Made by a program: the position numbers and the translations under genes
NCBI GenBank assembly: GCA_031425655.1
Contig: JANPJS010000211.1
Coordinates: 1-25,650, forward strand
Source: Abditibacteriaceae bacterium
GTDB lineage: Bacteria; Armatimonadota; Abditibacteriia; Abditibacteriales; Abditibacteriaceae
Length of the DNA: 25,650 nt
Direction of reading: 5' to 3'
Part shown: in pieces, positions 1-9,447 of the stretch
Layout of the letters: every line of letters starts with the position of its first letter
How positions within the stretch are numbered: the stretch's first letter is position 1
The notes under the pieces: model-generated
Databases searched by the model: none
Seen by the model: the letters and a program-made list of their open reading frames with translations, nothing else
Told to the model about the DNA's origin: nothing

Positions 1-108
1 GGCGGGAAGGCGGGAAGGCGGGAAGGAAATTAAAGTTGAAAACGCTAACAGCATTATCTCTCGCATCTCAAAATTACTTCCCGTCTTCCCGCCCTTCCCA
101 ACTTCCCG
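1..108. repeat. Intergenic inverted array of short tandem repeats (GGCGGGAA)n ... (CTTCCC..)n, truncated by window edge
   Basis: Three GGCGGGAA units at 1-24 and four CTTCCC cores at about 78-108 in inverted orientation, downstream of the DUF1800 stop. Confidence 0.75.
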
Positions 109-126
109 TTAAATTCGCAGCGAAAC

Positions 127-1587
127 CTAACGCCATTGAAATTCCGGCGAGCAAAGAAGCAAGGCCGCGACTTGTCGCGTGGCACGCGTGGCATCGCGTT
201 CGGTTGCGGCGTGCGCGGCTAATTTCGCGTGCAGCGCCGGCATTTCCTGTGCGCGACGGCCTAATATAATTTCCGGCAGCGCCTCGGACGCAGTGCGCTT
301 TCCGATTAGCGCCGGCACATTGATCGAAGTGTTGTCAATCATGCTATGCGACAGCGCGATGGCGAAATTCCAGCGGGCGAGCAGCGAGCCTGTCCACGCC
401 TGTGTGCGATCAGGATAACCGTCGGGCATCGGCCACAAATGCAGCGGCTGGCCCATGCGCGATAGATGCTCTTGCAACAGCTGCCCGCCGTCGGTGTCGG
501 CGCTTAAAGCGCGCAGCGACGAGACGAGAAAATCGAAAGGCCGCTTGATAACCGGCGCCGAGCGGCGCAAATCGTCGGAGATTAGCAGCGGGCGCAGCAT
601 GGCTTTGATGTCGCCGTCGGTTTTCAGATAAATCGCGGCCATTTTTTCGGGCCAGTCGCCGACGGTTTCGCCGAGAAAATAATGGCACAGCTTGGTGGAA
701 ATATACTTCGCGGTTTGCGGATGCTTCGACAGAATATCAAGCACCAAGTCGGCGTCTTTTTCACCGCCTCGCGCGGGAATTTTATAGCCCAGCACCGTTT
801 TTGCGCCGTTGTCGTGGCGCGATTCATCGAAGCGAAAGCTGCCTTTACGACGCAAAAAGCGGTCTTCGACAGTCCAGCCGGTGAAGCAGCGCGCGACTTC
901 CTGCACGTCTTTTTGCGAGTAGCCGCCATGCACGCCTAAAGTGTGCAGTTCCATCAATTCGCGGCCATAGTTTTCGTTAGCGCGGCCTTTCTGATTGACG
1001 TTATTATCGAGATACGCCAGCATCGCCGGAGAGTGCGCCGTGGCTTTCAGCAAATCGGGGAATTTGCCCAGCGCGTGCGGACGAATGACCTTCAGTTGGT
1101 CAGTCGGCAGAAAGTAAGTGCCGTCGCCTTTGCGCGCGTAGATATTGAAGTGATTCGTCCAAAAATCAACCATGCGCTCGCGCAGTTGATGGCGCGAATA
1201 GACCGCGCGCAGAATCGCCGCTTTTTGCAAACCACGCAGCATCGGCTCGACGTGCATATCGCGCATTTCAGTGGCGCCCGTCCCGAAAACTTCCACGCCG
1301 CGCAAGCGCGCCAGCAAAATCACCTCGTCGCTGTCGTCCGGGCTGAGTTGCTCGTCCACATATTTTTCAACGCCGAGTTTGGCCACGCGCGCGACATCGC
1401 CGGGCATTGCGCCGAACGAAACGCGATTTAAAACGCGATAAATCGGGTCGCTGTGCGCGGGCGGCGCAGACGGCGCTTCGATGCGCGGCGCCGTCGCGCG
1501 CTGCACGATGCGCGAGCAACCGCCCAGCAGCAATACGCCGCCCGAAACGCCGCCTAATTTCAGCCAATCGCGCCGGGAGATTCGCAT
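127..1587 (-). CDS. DUF1800 family protein, probable Tat-exported lipoprotein
   Basis: 486 aa; family motifs QLRERMVDFWTNHFN, SPAMLAYLDN, NENYGRELMELHTLG, DVQEVARCFTGW, C-terminal SPEFQWR; N-terminal SRRDWLK and LLLGGC. Confidence 0.9.
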   Translation of the reverse strand: MRISRRDWLKLGGVSGGVLLLGGCSRIVQRATAPRIEAPSAPPAHSDPIYRVLNRVSFGAMPGDVARVAKLGVEKYVDEQLSPDDSDEVILLARLRGVEVFGTGATEMRDMHVEPMLRGLQKAAILRAVYSRHQLRERMVDFWTNHFNIYARKGDGTYFLPTDQLKVIRPHALGKFPDLLKATAHSPAMLAYLDNNVNQKGRANENYGRELMELHTLGVHGGYSQKDVQEVARCFTGWTVEDRFLRRKGSFRFDESRHDNGAKTVLGYKIPARGGEKDADLVLDILSKHPQTAKYISTKLCHYFLGETVGDWPEKMAAIYLKTDGDIKAMLRPLLISDDLRRSAPVIKRPFDFLVSSLRALSADTDGGQLLQEHLSRMGQPLHLWPMPDGYPDRTQAWTGSLLARWNFAIALSHSMIDNTSINVPALIGKRTASEALPEIILGRRAQEMPALHAKLAAHAATERDATRATRQVAALLLCSPEFQWR

Positions 1588-2111
1588 ATTTCGTCACCTG
1601 CCAGAACAATCGGTGTCGGTAGGAGCGGCTTTTTCACGCGTGGCTTGCGCAAGACTTTCGCGCCGGCGCCCAAACCCATAATCACGCTGACCGGCGCCAC
1701 TAAAAACCAGCCGAGAACCGGAAAAAGCCACGCCAAAGCCATCATGCCGGCGCCGCGCGACAGTGATGTCAGCGGCGATAAATTCACATCTTGCGCACTT
1801 GTGCGTTCGCCCAAAAGCAAAGCCAGTCCCGCGCCGCCGAGCAGGCTTGTCGCCAGCAAAGCCAGCAGCAAAAGCCAACCCAGCAGTTTAAAACCGCCCG
1901 GCGCGTTGAGCAGGGCAATCGCGCCGAATCCGAGCGTTGCCAGCAACAAAACGCCGATGCCCAACGCGCCGCGCGTTTGCGTTTCCCACACGCGCCGCGC
2001 CGCATGCGCTTTGGTTTCAAACAACAGCGCCGCACCGATCAGCATCACCCACAACGACAGGCAAATGCCTGCAATTATGCCCACCACCGCCATCACGTCG
2101 CCGATTGTCAT
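1560..2111 (-). CDS. Hypothetical integral membrane protein
   Basis: 183 aa with 4-5 hydrophobic segments; overlaps the DUF1800 start, so probably co-transcribed. Confidence 0.75.
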   Translation of the reverse strand: MTIGDVMAVVGIIAGICLSLWVMLIGAALLFETKAHAARRVWETQTRGALGIGVLLLATLGFGAIALLNAPGGFKLLGWLLLLALLATSLLGGAGLALLLGERTSAQDVNLSPLTSLSRGAGMMALAWLFPVLGWFLVAPVSVIMGLGAGAKVLRKPRVKKPLLPTPIVLAGDEICESPGAIG

Positions 2112-2166
2112 GGTTGTTCCTCGCTTGGCCTTATCGCAATTTTAACCGAATTACAGATTGGAAACT

Positions 2167-2211
2167 TTGACACAACATTCGCTTCGTCGTATATTGTGAA
2201 ATAATTCACAA
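2167..2211 (+). promoter_or_regulatory. Sigma70 promoter (TTGACA-N17-TATATT) overlapped by a Rex-type operator TTGTGAA-ATAA-TTCACAA (2194-2211)
   Basis: Consensus -35 at 2167-2172, -10 at 2190-2195; exact match to the Rex consensus TTGTGAAN4TTCACAA. Confidence 0.8.
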
Positions 2212-2233
2212 AGTCGAAAAAGGGAGAAAAACC

Positions 2234-3730
2234 ATGCGAGTGCTATTGATTAACCCGCCTTACGTGACGCTGACATCGCGCTTTGGCGTGGGGCACCAGA
2301 TGCCTCTGGGTTTACTGATGGTTGGCGGCGCACTGAAGGGCGACGGCCACGAAGTGCGCCTGCTGGACGCAGAATGCCGGCACCTTTCGCAGGCCGAAAT
2401 CGGGCGCGAAGTGCAATCGTTCGCGCCGGACGCGGTTCTCACCGGCCACGCCGGTTCGACGCCGGCACATCCGGTTTGCATGACGATGCTGCGCGAAATT
2501 AAAGCGATGTTTCCCGACGTGACGACGGTTTACGGCGGCGTTTTCCCGACGTATCACGCGCCGCAGATTTTCGCGGAGCAAAGCGCAGTTGACATTATCG
2601 TGCGCGGCGAAGGCGAAGCGACGGCGCGCGATTTATTGGCGGCGTTGCGCGACGGGCGCGACTTATGCGAAGTCGCAGGCATCAGTTTTCGACGCAATGG
2701 TGAAGCTTTTCACAACCCCGACCGCGCAAAGCTTGTCAATCTCGATGAATTTCGCACCGGCTGGGAATTGATCGAAAATTGGGACGCTTACGGCTGCTTC
2801 GGTTTGGGCCGCGCGGCGATTGTGCAGTTTTCGCGCGGCTGCCCGCACCGCTGCACTTATTGCGGGCAGCACGGCTTTTGGGTGAGTTGGCGGCACCGCG
2901 ATCCGGTGAAATTAGCCGACGAAATCGAGTGGCTGCACCGCGAACACGGCGTGAAATTTATCACCTTAGCCGACGAAAATCCGACGACGTTGCAACCGAT
3001 TTGGAAAGCGTTTTTGGAGGAAATCGCGGCGCGAAAACTCGACGTGCATTTCTTCGCCACTATTCGCGCCACCGACATTGTGCGCGATGCGGAATTGTTG
3101 CCGCTTTACAAGCGCGCAGGCCTGCTTTACGTGTTGATGGGCATCGAATCAACCGATGCGCGCGTGTTGAAAGCGGTGCATAAAGGCTCAACGCCTCGCT
3201 ACGATTTGAAAGCGTGCCATCTGCTGCGCGAGCATGGCATTTTCTCGATTATGGGTCACATTGTTGGGCTGGGCGACGAATCGTGGGCCGGTTTTCGCGC
3301 AACGCGGCGGCATTTGCAGGAATACGACGGCGATTATCTGAACGCGATGTATGTCACGCCGCATTCATGGACGCAGTTTGCAAAGGACGTGAAAGACCGC
3401 CGCGTGGTGCAAAGCGATCAGCGCAAATGGGATTATCGCCATCAGGTTTTGGAAGAGCGATTTTTGCAGCCGTGGCAACTGTTTTTCGGCGTGAAATGGC
3501 TGGAATTTTGTTTCCATCTGCATCCGCGCAAACTCCGCAATCTGTTGCGCGAGCGCGATGCATTTCGGCGGCGGCAGCAGTGGTGGACGTTGTGGCACAC
3601 CAGTCACGTCTGGCTGGGCGAAATCGCAGATTTCGTTTTCGCCACCAAATTCGCAGCGCAATCGGAAACGCAAAAAGTCACGGCACACGAATCAAAAGCG
3701 GGGCTTGCGTCGAAGACAAACGCTCTCTGA
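2234..3730 (+). CDS. Cobalamin-dependent radical SAM enzyme, BchE/P-methylase-like
   Basis: N-terminal B12-binding domain (PLGL, YGGVFPT, VRGEGE), SRGCPHRCTYC CxxxCxxC motif, ADENP, MGIES; purine-rich RBS upstream. Confidence 0.88.
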   Translation: MRVLLINPPYVTLTSRFGVGHQMPLGLLMVGGALKGDGHEVRLLDAECRHLSQAEIGREVQSFAPDAVLTGHAGSTPAHPVCMTMLREIKAMFPDVTTVYGGVFPTYHAPQIFAEQSAVDIIVRGEGEATARDLLAALRDGRDLCEVAGISFRRNGEAFHNPDRAKLVNLDEFRTGWELIENWDAYGCFGLGRAAIVQFSRGCPHRCTYCGQHGFWVSWRHRDPVKLADEIEWLHREHGVKFITLADENPTTLQPIWKAFLEEIAARKLDVHFFATIRATDIVRDAELLPLYKRAGLLYVLMGIESTDARVLKAVHKGSTPRYDLKACHLLREHGIFSIMGHIVGLGDESWAGFRATRRHLQEYDGDYLNAMYVTPHSWTQFAKDVKDRRVVQSDQRKWDYRHQVLEERFLQPWQLFFGVKWLEFCFHLHPRKLRNLLRERDAFRRRQQWWTLWHTSHVWLGEIADFVFATKFAAQSETQKVTAHESKAGLASKTNAL

Positions 3731-3732
3731 AA

Positions 3733-3870
3733 GGGGTTTTGGGTATTGGGTTTTGGGTATTGGGAACACGGCGCAATTGAGCAACGAGCTAAGCGCAATA
3801 GAGTAGCAAGCCGGATTGTCAATACCCGAAACCCAACACCCAACACCCAAAACCCAAAACCCAAAAACCC
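3733..3870. repeat. Inverted arrays of heptamer repeats (GGGTWTT / AAHACCC) between convergent genes
   Basis: GGGTTTT-GGGTATT units at 3733-3764 and complementary AATACCC/AACACCC/AAAACCC units at 3821-3870. Confidence 0.8.
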
Positions 3871-3893
3871 AGTTAACTTCTGAGATTTTTACC

Positions 3894-4730
3894 TTACGAC
3901 GCGGCGCCGTTTAGCGGTTGCGCGAGCAAGCGAATACGGCGCACGAAATCCTCGTCGTAAGCGCCTAATTCGAGCATTTCTACGTCCACGCTGATTACCG
4001 GCTCTTGCTGGTTTCGCGCATAGGCGTAGCGCAGCAGCGTGCGATACGATGGGTTTTCCGGCCTCAGTTCCACAGCGCGCTCAAAGTGCGAAACGGCTTC
4101 GTCGGGCTGTTCGGCGCGCAGTAATGCGGCGCCTAAACGAAGATGATAATAATCGTCGCGCGGCGCTAAAGTGACGACTTCGCGCAATTGTTCGATGGCA
4201 TCGTCTTCGCGGCGCATCAAGAGATAAACGTCGGCCAATTGAAAGCGATAAAAGCTGTCGTCGGGTGCTAATTCGAGAGCGGTTTCGAGCTGCGCGGCGG
4301 ATTTGTCGTAAAGTCCCATCGCGGCCAAAGCGACCGCGAGTTTCCAGCGATAAAATGGCTTCTTCGGGCGCGAACGCACGGCTCGTTCGTAAGAGCGCAC
4401 GGCGGCGGCGCTGCGTGCGAAGGTGCGGCATAAATCGCCCAGACCAACGTGCGCTTCGGTTAAATCGGCGGTGCTGCCGCCCGCGTCTTCCTGAGCCTGC
4501 AAGGCTCTTTGATAAAGGCCGATGGCTTTCAGCGGCATATCGGCGGCGGCGTAGCCCTCGGCTAATTTGGCCAGATGCGCCGGGTTTTCAGGATTCAGGC
4601 GCGCCGCTTTATTGTATTCGCGCAAAGCCCCGACGAAATCGCCGTCGTCGCCATGTAAATCGCCTTGTGTCGAATGCCATTCGCTTTGCGCATCCGCCGG
4701 TTTTTTATCGAAATCAGGTTCCATCTTCAA
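3894..4730 (-). CDS. Tetratricopeptide repeat protein
   Basis: Several TPR-pattern helices (e.g. AVSHFERAVELRPENP); start TTG 4730 or ATG 4724. Confidence 0.85.
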   Translation of the reverse strand: MKMEPDFDKKPADAQSEWHSTQGDLHGDDGDFVGALREYNKAARLNPENPAHLAKLAEGYAAADMPLKAIGLYQRALQAQEDAGGSTADLTEAHVGLGDLCRTFARSAAAVRSYERAVRSRPKKPFYRWKLAVALAAMGLYDKSAAQLETALELAPDDSFYRFQLADVYLLMRREDDAIEQLREVVTLAPRDDYYHLRLGAALLRAEQPDEAVSHFERAVELRPENPSYRTLLRYAYARNQQEPVISVDVEMLELGAYDEDFVRRIRLLAQPLNGAAS

Positions 4731-4757
4731 CTTCCCAACGGAAACAACGCGAAGCGT

Positions 4758-5195
4758 TTAAGTTTCCAAAATCATCGTCACCGGCCCATCATTTTCGACC
4801 GAAACGCGCATTGCTGCGGCAAACGTGCCGGTCTCAACCGGCACGTTTTGCTCGCGCAGAAGTTTAACAAACGCCTCGTAGAGCGCGTTTGCTTCGCCCG
4901 GCGGCGCGGCCTGCATGAAATTAGGCCGCGTGCCTTTCGATGAATCGCCGCAGAGCGTAAAGTTCGAGATTACAAGCGCGCCGCCGCCAATATCCAAAAC
5001 CGAGAGGTTGAATTTCCCGTTTTCGTCGTTAAAAATGCGTAATCCCGCGATTTTGCGCGCCAATTTGGCGGCTTTCGCGTCGTCGTCGCCGCGCGCAACG
5101 CCTAAAAAGATGACAAAGCCGGCGCCGATGCGGCCCACGACCTCGCCGTCTACTTCAACTTGCGCGCTTCGACATCGCTGCACCACGGCTTTCAT
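4758..5195 (-). CDS. dtd: D-aminoacyl-tRNA deacylase
   Basis: MKAVVQR start, LRIF, SNFTL, NDGPVT motifs; follows rel as is usual; ATG 5195 preferred to the longer repeat-derived ORF. Confidence 0.95.
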   Translation of the reverse strand: MKAVVQRCRSAQVEVDGEVVGRIGAGFVIFLGVARGDDDAKAAKLARKIAGLRIFNDENGKFNLSVLDIGGGALVISNFTLCGDSSKGTRPNFMQAAPPGEANALYEAFVKLLREQNVPVETGTFAAAMRVSVENDGPVTMILET

Positions 5196-5196
5196 A

Positions 5197-5258
5197 AGTG
5201 ACGAGTGACAAGTGACGAATGACGAGTATTCTGCACTCGTCATTCGTCACTCGTCACT
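5197..5258. repeat. Heptamer (ARTGACR)n hairpin filling the rel-dtd spacer
   Basis: AGTGACG AGTGACA AGTGACG AATGACG AGT at 5197-5227 and inverted copy at 5235-5258. Confidence 0.85.
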
Positions 5259-7683
5259 AAACCCGATGCACCTCCACGGCGCCCGGCACCGTGCGCAGAG
5301 CTTCCATCAAATCGGTGAGTTTCGCGGAATCGGTAATCGTGAGAGCAATGTTGAGCCGCGCGCGATTGTTTTTCAAGGGATAAGTGTTCACGCCGCAGAT
5401 ATTGACCTGGCGCCCGGAAATGACGCCCGTCACATCGTAAAGCAGGCCGGCGCGGTCTTCGCATTCCATTGCGACCAAAGCCTGAAACGGCTTCTCATTG
5501 GTTTCCATCCAACGCGCCGAAACCAAGCGATCCGGCTCTTTTTCTTCATATTGGCCGAGATTCGTGCAATCGGCGCGATGAACGGAAATGCCGCGCCCGC
5601 GCGTAACGTAACCGAGAATCTCGTCACCGGGAATCGGCGCGCAGCAACGCGCAAGCGTGTAAAGTAGGTTGCCTTTCATGCTTTTCGCGGTGTCGCCATC
5701 GGCTGGAATGGCAAATTCCAAAGTGCCGGCCAAATCAGGGTCGTCGCCCTTCATATTGACGCGGCGCTGAATCAGGCTCGTAGCCGGGCCGGACAGCGTT
5801 TCGTCATCTGAGCCGACAAGTCGCGCACGCTGATCGGTTTTCGCGTCTTTGAGAATCGCGCGCACACGATTGAGAATGGATTCGGCGGATTCATCGCCGT
5901 AGCCGACGGCGGCGATGAGTTCTTCGGTATTTTTATATTTCTGCTTGAGCGCGATTTCGCGCAGCGTTTCGTTGCCGGGAATGGCGCCTAACTTCAAGCG
6001 ATCCGATTGGGCGGCTTTTTCCAAACGCGCCAGGCCTTCGCGGTAATTTTCGTCGAAGTTTTGGCGCTTGAGAAAGCTGCGAATGCGGTTTTTGGCGTGT
6101 GGCGTGACCACGAATTCCAGCCAGTCGCGCTTGGGGCCGGCGCTCGCACGCGAAGTCATAACGTCGCAAATATCGCCGTTGTGCAGCTTGTAGCTCAGCG
6201 GCACGATGCGCCCGTTGACACGCGCTCCGTTGCAGTGAAACCCGACATCCGAGTGAATGCGATACGCGAAATCAACCGGCGTGGAATCCTGCGGCAGATA
6301 AATCACGTCGCCCTTTGGCGTGAAGGCGAAAATCTGCTCGATGGACAAATCGAGCTTGACCGAATCGAGAAATTCATGAGCGTTGGCCGAATCGGTTTCC
6401 AGTTCTAAAACAAGGCGCAGCCAGCGCAGCTTATCGCCCCAATTTTGCTGCGGTTTATCGCCTTGCTTATAACGCCAGTGCGCCGCGATGCCGAATTCCG
6501 ATTCGCGGTGCATTTCTTTGGTGCGAATCTGCACTTCAATCACTTCGCCGCCCGGCACCAAAACTTTGGTGTGCAGCGATTGATAATTATTCGGCTTGGG
6601 TTTGGAAACGTAATCGAAGAACATTTCCGGCACCTGCATCCACAGCGAATGCACCACGCCCAGCGCGTGATAACAATCGGAATTGGTGTTGCAAATGATG
6701 CGAAGCGCGATGAGATCGTGAATCGCGTCGAATTTCAAGCCCTGCTTGATCATCTTCTGGTAAATCGAAAAAAAGTGCTTGGGCCGGCCCGTCACTTCGG
6801 CTGCGATGCCTTCGGCGGCCAGTCGCTCCTGTAATAGCGCGATACATTGATCCACAAGCGCGCTGCGCTCGGAGCGTGTGCGTTTGACCTTTTCGTAAAT
6901 CTGGCGGTATTCGCTGGCGTTGGTGTATTTGAAAGCGCGATCTTCGAGTTCCCACTTGATGCGCCAGATGCCCAGACGATGCGCGATAGGCGCGAAAATC
7001 GCCAGCGTTTCCTGCGCGATTTCCGTGCGGCGCGGCTCAGGAATGCCTTCCAGCGTCCGCATATTATGCAAGCGGTCGGCGAGTTTGACGATAATCACGC
7101 GCACGTCGCCCGCCATTGCCAGAAAGAGTTTGCGCAAGTTTTCCGCCTGCTTTTCCTGCTTATCGGTGAAATCTATGCGGCGCAATTTGGTCACGCCATC
7201 CACCAGTTGCGCGACTTCAGCGCCGAAGCGTTGCAGCATTTCTTCAAAGCTGACGCCGCAGTCTTCGGGAACGTCGTGCAGCAATCCGGCGGCTAAAGTC
7301 GGGTCGTCCATGCCCAACTCGGCCAAAATGCCGGCGACGGCAATGGGGTGCTCAATATACGGCTCGCCGGTGCGCCGAAATTGCCCGGCGTGCTTTTCGT
7401 GCGCGAAGGCGTAGGCTTGATTCAATAGTTCGATGTCGGTCGTGGGCCGCGCGGCTTTGGTGTTTTCGATGAGCAACGCAATTTTCTGGCGCGCCGCGTC
7501 TTCGGTGCTGGCGCCGGGAACGGATTCGCTGCGTAAAATCTCGCGCGCGACTTCCACCGACTGGCCCATAACCGGGTCGGCCCCATTGTCGAAATTGTTG
7601 CCTTCAGAAAGAGAAACGACCTTGTCGGGCAAAGCCGCAAGGCCGTTGGATGTTGATTCTGCTACCGTCTTCATGTTTGCCAC
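5257..7683 (-). CDS. relA: Bifunctional (p)ppGpp synthetase/hydrolase (long RSH)
   Basis: HD hydrolase (LLHDVPED, KLADRLHNMRTL), synthetase (GRPKH, YQSLHT, EVQIRT), TGS (FTPKG..TPVDFAY), CCAPIPGD and ACT domains. Confidence 0.96.
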   Translation of the reverse strand: MANMKTVAESTSNGLAALPDKVVSLSEGNNFDNGADPVMGQSVEVAREILRSESVPGASTEDAARQKIALLIENTKAARPTTDIELLNQAYAFAHEKHAGQFRRTGEPYIEHPIAVAGILAELGMDDPTLAAGLLHDVPEDCGVSFEEMLQRFGAEVAQLVDGVTKLRRIDFTDKQEKQAENLRKLFLAMAGDVRVIIVKLADRLHNMRTLEGIPEPRRTEIAQETLAIFAPIAHRLGIWRIKWELEDRAFKYTNASEYRQIYEKVKRTRSERSALVDQCIALLQERLAAEGIAAEVTGRPKHFFSIYQKMIKQGLKFDAIHDLIALRIICNTNSDCYHALGVVHSLWMQVPEMFFDYVSKPKPNNYQSLHTKVLVPGGEVIEVQIRTKEMHRESEFGIAAHWRYKQGDKPQQNWGDKLRWLRLVLELETDSANAHEFLDSVKLDLSIEQIFAFTPKGDVIYLPQDSTPVDFAYRIHSDVGFHCNGARVNGRIVPLSYKLHNGDICDVMTSRASAGPKRDWLEFVVTPHAKNRIRSFLKRQNFDENYREGLARLEKAAQSDRLKLGAIPGNETLREIALKQKYKNTEELIAAVGYGDESAESILNRVRAILKDAKTDQRARLVGSDDETLSGPATSLIQRRVNMKGDDPDLAGTLEFAIPADGDTAKSMKGNLLYTLARCCAPIPGDEILGYVTRGRGISVHRADCTNLGQYEEKEPDRLVSARWMETNEKPFQALVAMECEDRAGLLYDVTGVISGRQVNICGVNTYPLKNNRARLNIALTITDSAKLTDLMEALRTVPGAVEVHRV

Positions 7684-7754
7684 CGCTAAAAAGATTATAG
7701 CAAGCGACGAGTGATTTTTGGCGCGGGTTCAACGATTTGCGCTTAAAAAGCGTT

Positions 7755-8835
7755 TCAAATCACTTCGAGATAATCTCTGTCCGGCAGCGCGGGAAACGGC
7801 GCGGTCGGCAAAGTTTGATACCAGAACGCGACGCTGGAAATATCGTCCTGCTGCGGCAAATAGCGCCCGCCGCTGCGCCATCCGAGCGCTTGAATCGTGA
7901 CGCGCAAATCGTCCTGAAAGCGAATTGGGTCCATGATGTGCCAGCGATAAAGCCCAAAGCGCGTTTGCGATTGATAAACGCCGTCGGGCCGAATCACCTG
8001 CGGCAAACCGGCGTAAGGCGTCGTGAATTCCTGATATTGCCTGGTCGCCTGATTTTCAAAGTTGTAACTGCCACAGAAATAATCTTCGGTTCCCGTTCCG
8101 CAAATGGTCGGGAATTCGCCGTCGCCGTCCAAGAAAAACTTGATTTCGCCTTCGCCCCACCAACCCGTATTGTTCACCTGCCACGCCATGTAAGTGCCGA
8201 CGAAAGTGCCCTGCCCGCGCACGCCGTCCAGAATCGTATAAACCTCTTTATAAGGTAGAGGGTTGACACGCCGAAACTGCGCGTGAAAATAAGCGGCATC
8301 GTCGGGCACGTCGGTCAGCGTGTAGTTGATCTGATAATACAGCGTCATCGCCTCGTCGGCGCGGTTTTCCACGGTCACGCGACAGCGCTCGCGAAACGGC
8401 ATTTCCCAGTAGCAATTGAAAGCGCTGCCTGGATTGACACAAACCGCAAGCGAGGAAACCTGCGCGTATTTGTTCCAACCGCAGGCGAAAAAATCACCGA
8501 TGGGACACTCGACAGACGGCTGCTCTTGATCGTCCCAATAAAAGCGCAAAATCGCGCTGCGCCACGGGCCGGAGGGCGTCATCCAGATTTGCTGAAGCGC
8601 GCCCGGCCCGTCAATAGCGGCGATTTCGCGCACTTCGCCGGGCTGAATGCGAATAGACGGCGAGATTTTCCAACCGCGTCCCAAATCGCGGGCGCAAGCG
8701 GCCCCCGGTGCCTTCACTGGCCATGCCGCCCTGCCCTTTGGCGCCATTGAAATTCTCCGGCGAAATCGAGCGCGTCTGCGCCTTCGATAAGCGCGACAAA
8801 TTTCCCAGATGCAAACCTAAACCGTTGAATGACAT
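7755..8835 (-). pseudogene. Glycoside hydrolase family 172 (DUF2961) gene with a one-base frameshift
   Basis: RBS GGAGG plus ATG 8835 gives MSFNGLGLHLGNLSRLS..TRSISPEN..EGTG; continuation AACARDLG..WWGEGE..GTGTEDYF..DDISSVAFWYQ is in another frame; shift at the G5 run 8702-8706; span 1081 nt = 3n+1. Could be a sequencing error. Confidence 0.8.
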
Positions 8836-9055
8836 TCCGCCTCCTGAATTTGGCCAGACGGCCCCAGACAAGTCAAATACTACAAAATGAAGCGAAAAAG
8901 CAACAGGCTGCACCAACGTCTTGATCTGAGACAGGCCCAAAAAAATCGAGGATTTTCACGAGAAGCCTATTCGAGAAACGATTCTCGAATGCAACGGCGA
9001 TTTAGCGAGAAGCCGACCCTCGGCAATCTCAAACAGAAAGAACTGCGCGCAAGCA

Positions 9056-9168
9056 CCCCAACGACCAAGCTCAGCCACCACCGGAAGCCAAAGCGAGGAA
9101 TAAAGGAGCGAAGCGCAGGGCGGGGCACCCTCTGGGTCGAGGCGGTCGAGTGCAGCGCCTTGTTCTGC
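9056..9168 (-). repeat. attC site (distal, divergent, 113 bp)
   Basis: Minus strand GCAGAAC-AAGGCGCTGCACTCGACCGCC...GGTGGTGGCTGAGCTTGGTC-GTTGGGG. Confidence 0.85.
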
Positions 9169-9183
9169 CGGTATTGGTCGCTT

Positions 9184-9447
9184 TCACGCAGCGGCCAGTT
9201 GCTCACGGATTAGTTGGGTAGCTAAATCGCTCGTTGTTACGCCTTGCTGACGTGCTTTATCACGCAACGCTTGAGCCACACTCATATCAATCTCGACCTC
9301 GTAATACCGATTGCGACGTTCGGCATTCACTTCAACGGTCTGAAATGCATCAGGATAATCCATCGTATCGTGTGCATCCCAAAACTCGCCAGCTTCTTCC
9401 AAACTGTTGAAAGTGTCAGGGAGGGGGTCAATGTGCTTTTCGTTCAT
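9184..9447 (-). CDS. Antitoxin, CopG/BrnA-like (ribbon-helix-helix C terminus)
   Basis: 87 aa; F.SLEEAGEFWDAHD..DY motif and C-terminal ALRDKARQQGVTTSDL; AGGAG RBS; downstream of BrnT-like gene. Confidence 0.85.
   Translation of the reverse strand: MNEKHIDPLPDTFNSLEEAGEFWDAHDTMDYPDAFQTVEVNAERRNRYYEVEIDMSVAQALRDKARQQGVTTSDLATQLIREQLAAA

Noticed and set aside
2234..3730. bchE as evidence of phototrophy
   Set aside because: No other bch/puf genes in the window and BchE-like radical SAM enzymes occur in non-phototrophs, so no gene symbol given
8967..9206. ORF-track proteins made mostly of attC sequence (also 11174-11365, 11578-11772, 15106-15318 and plus-strand ORFs with RRSGAAPC)
   Set aside because: Translations of the repeat; not called as functional proteins, only considered as possible coupling frames
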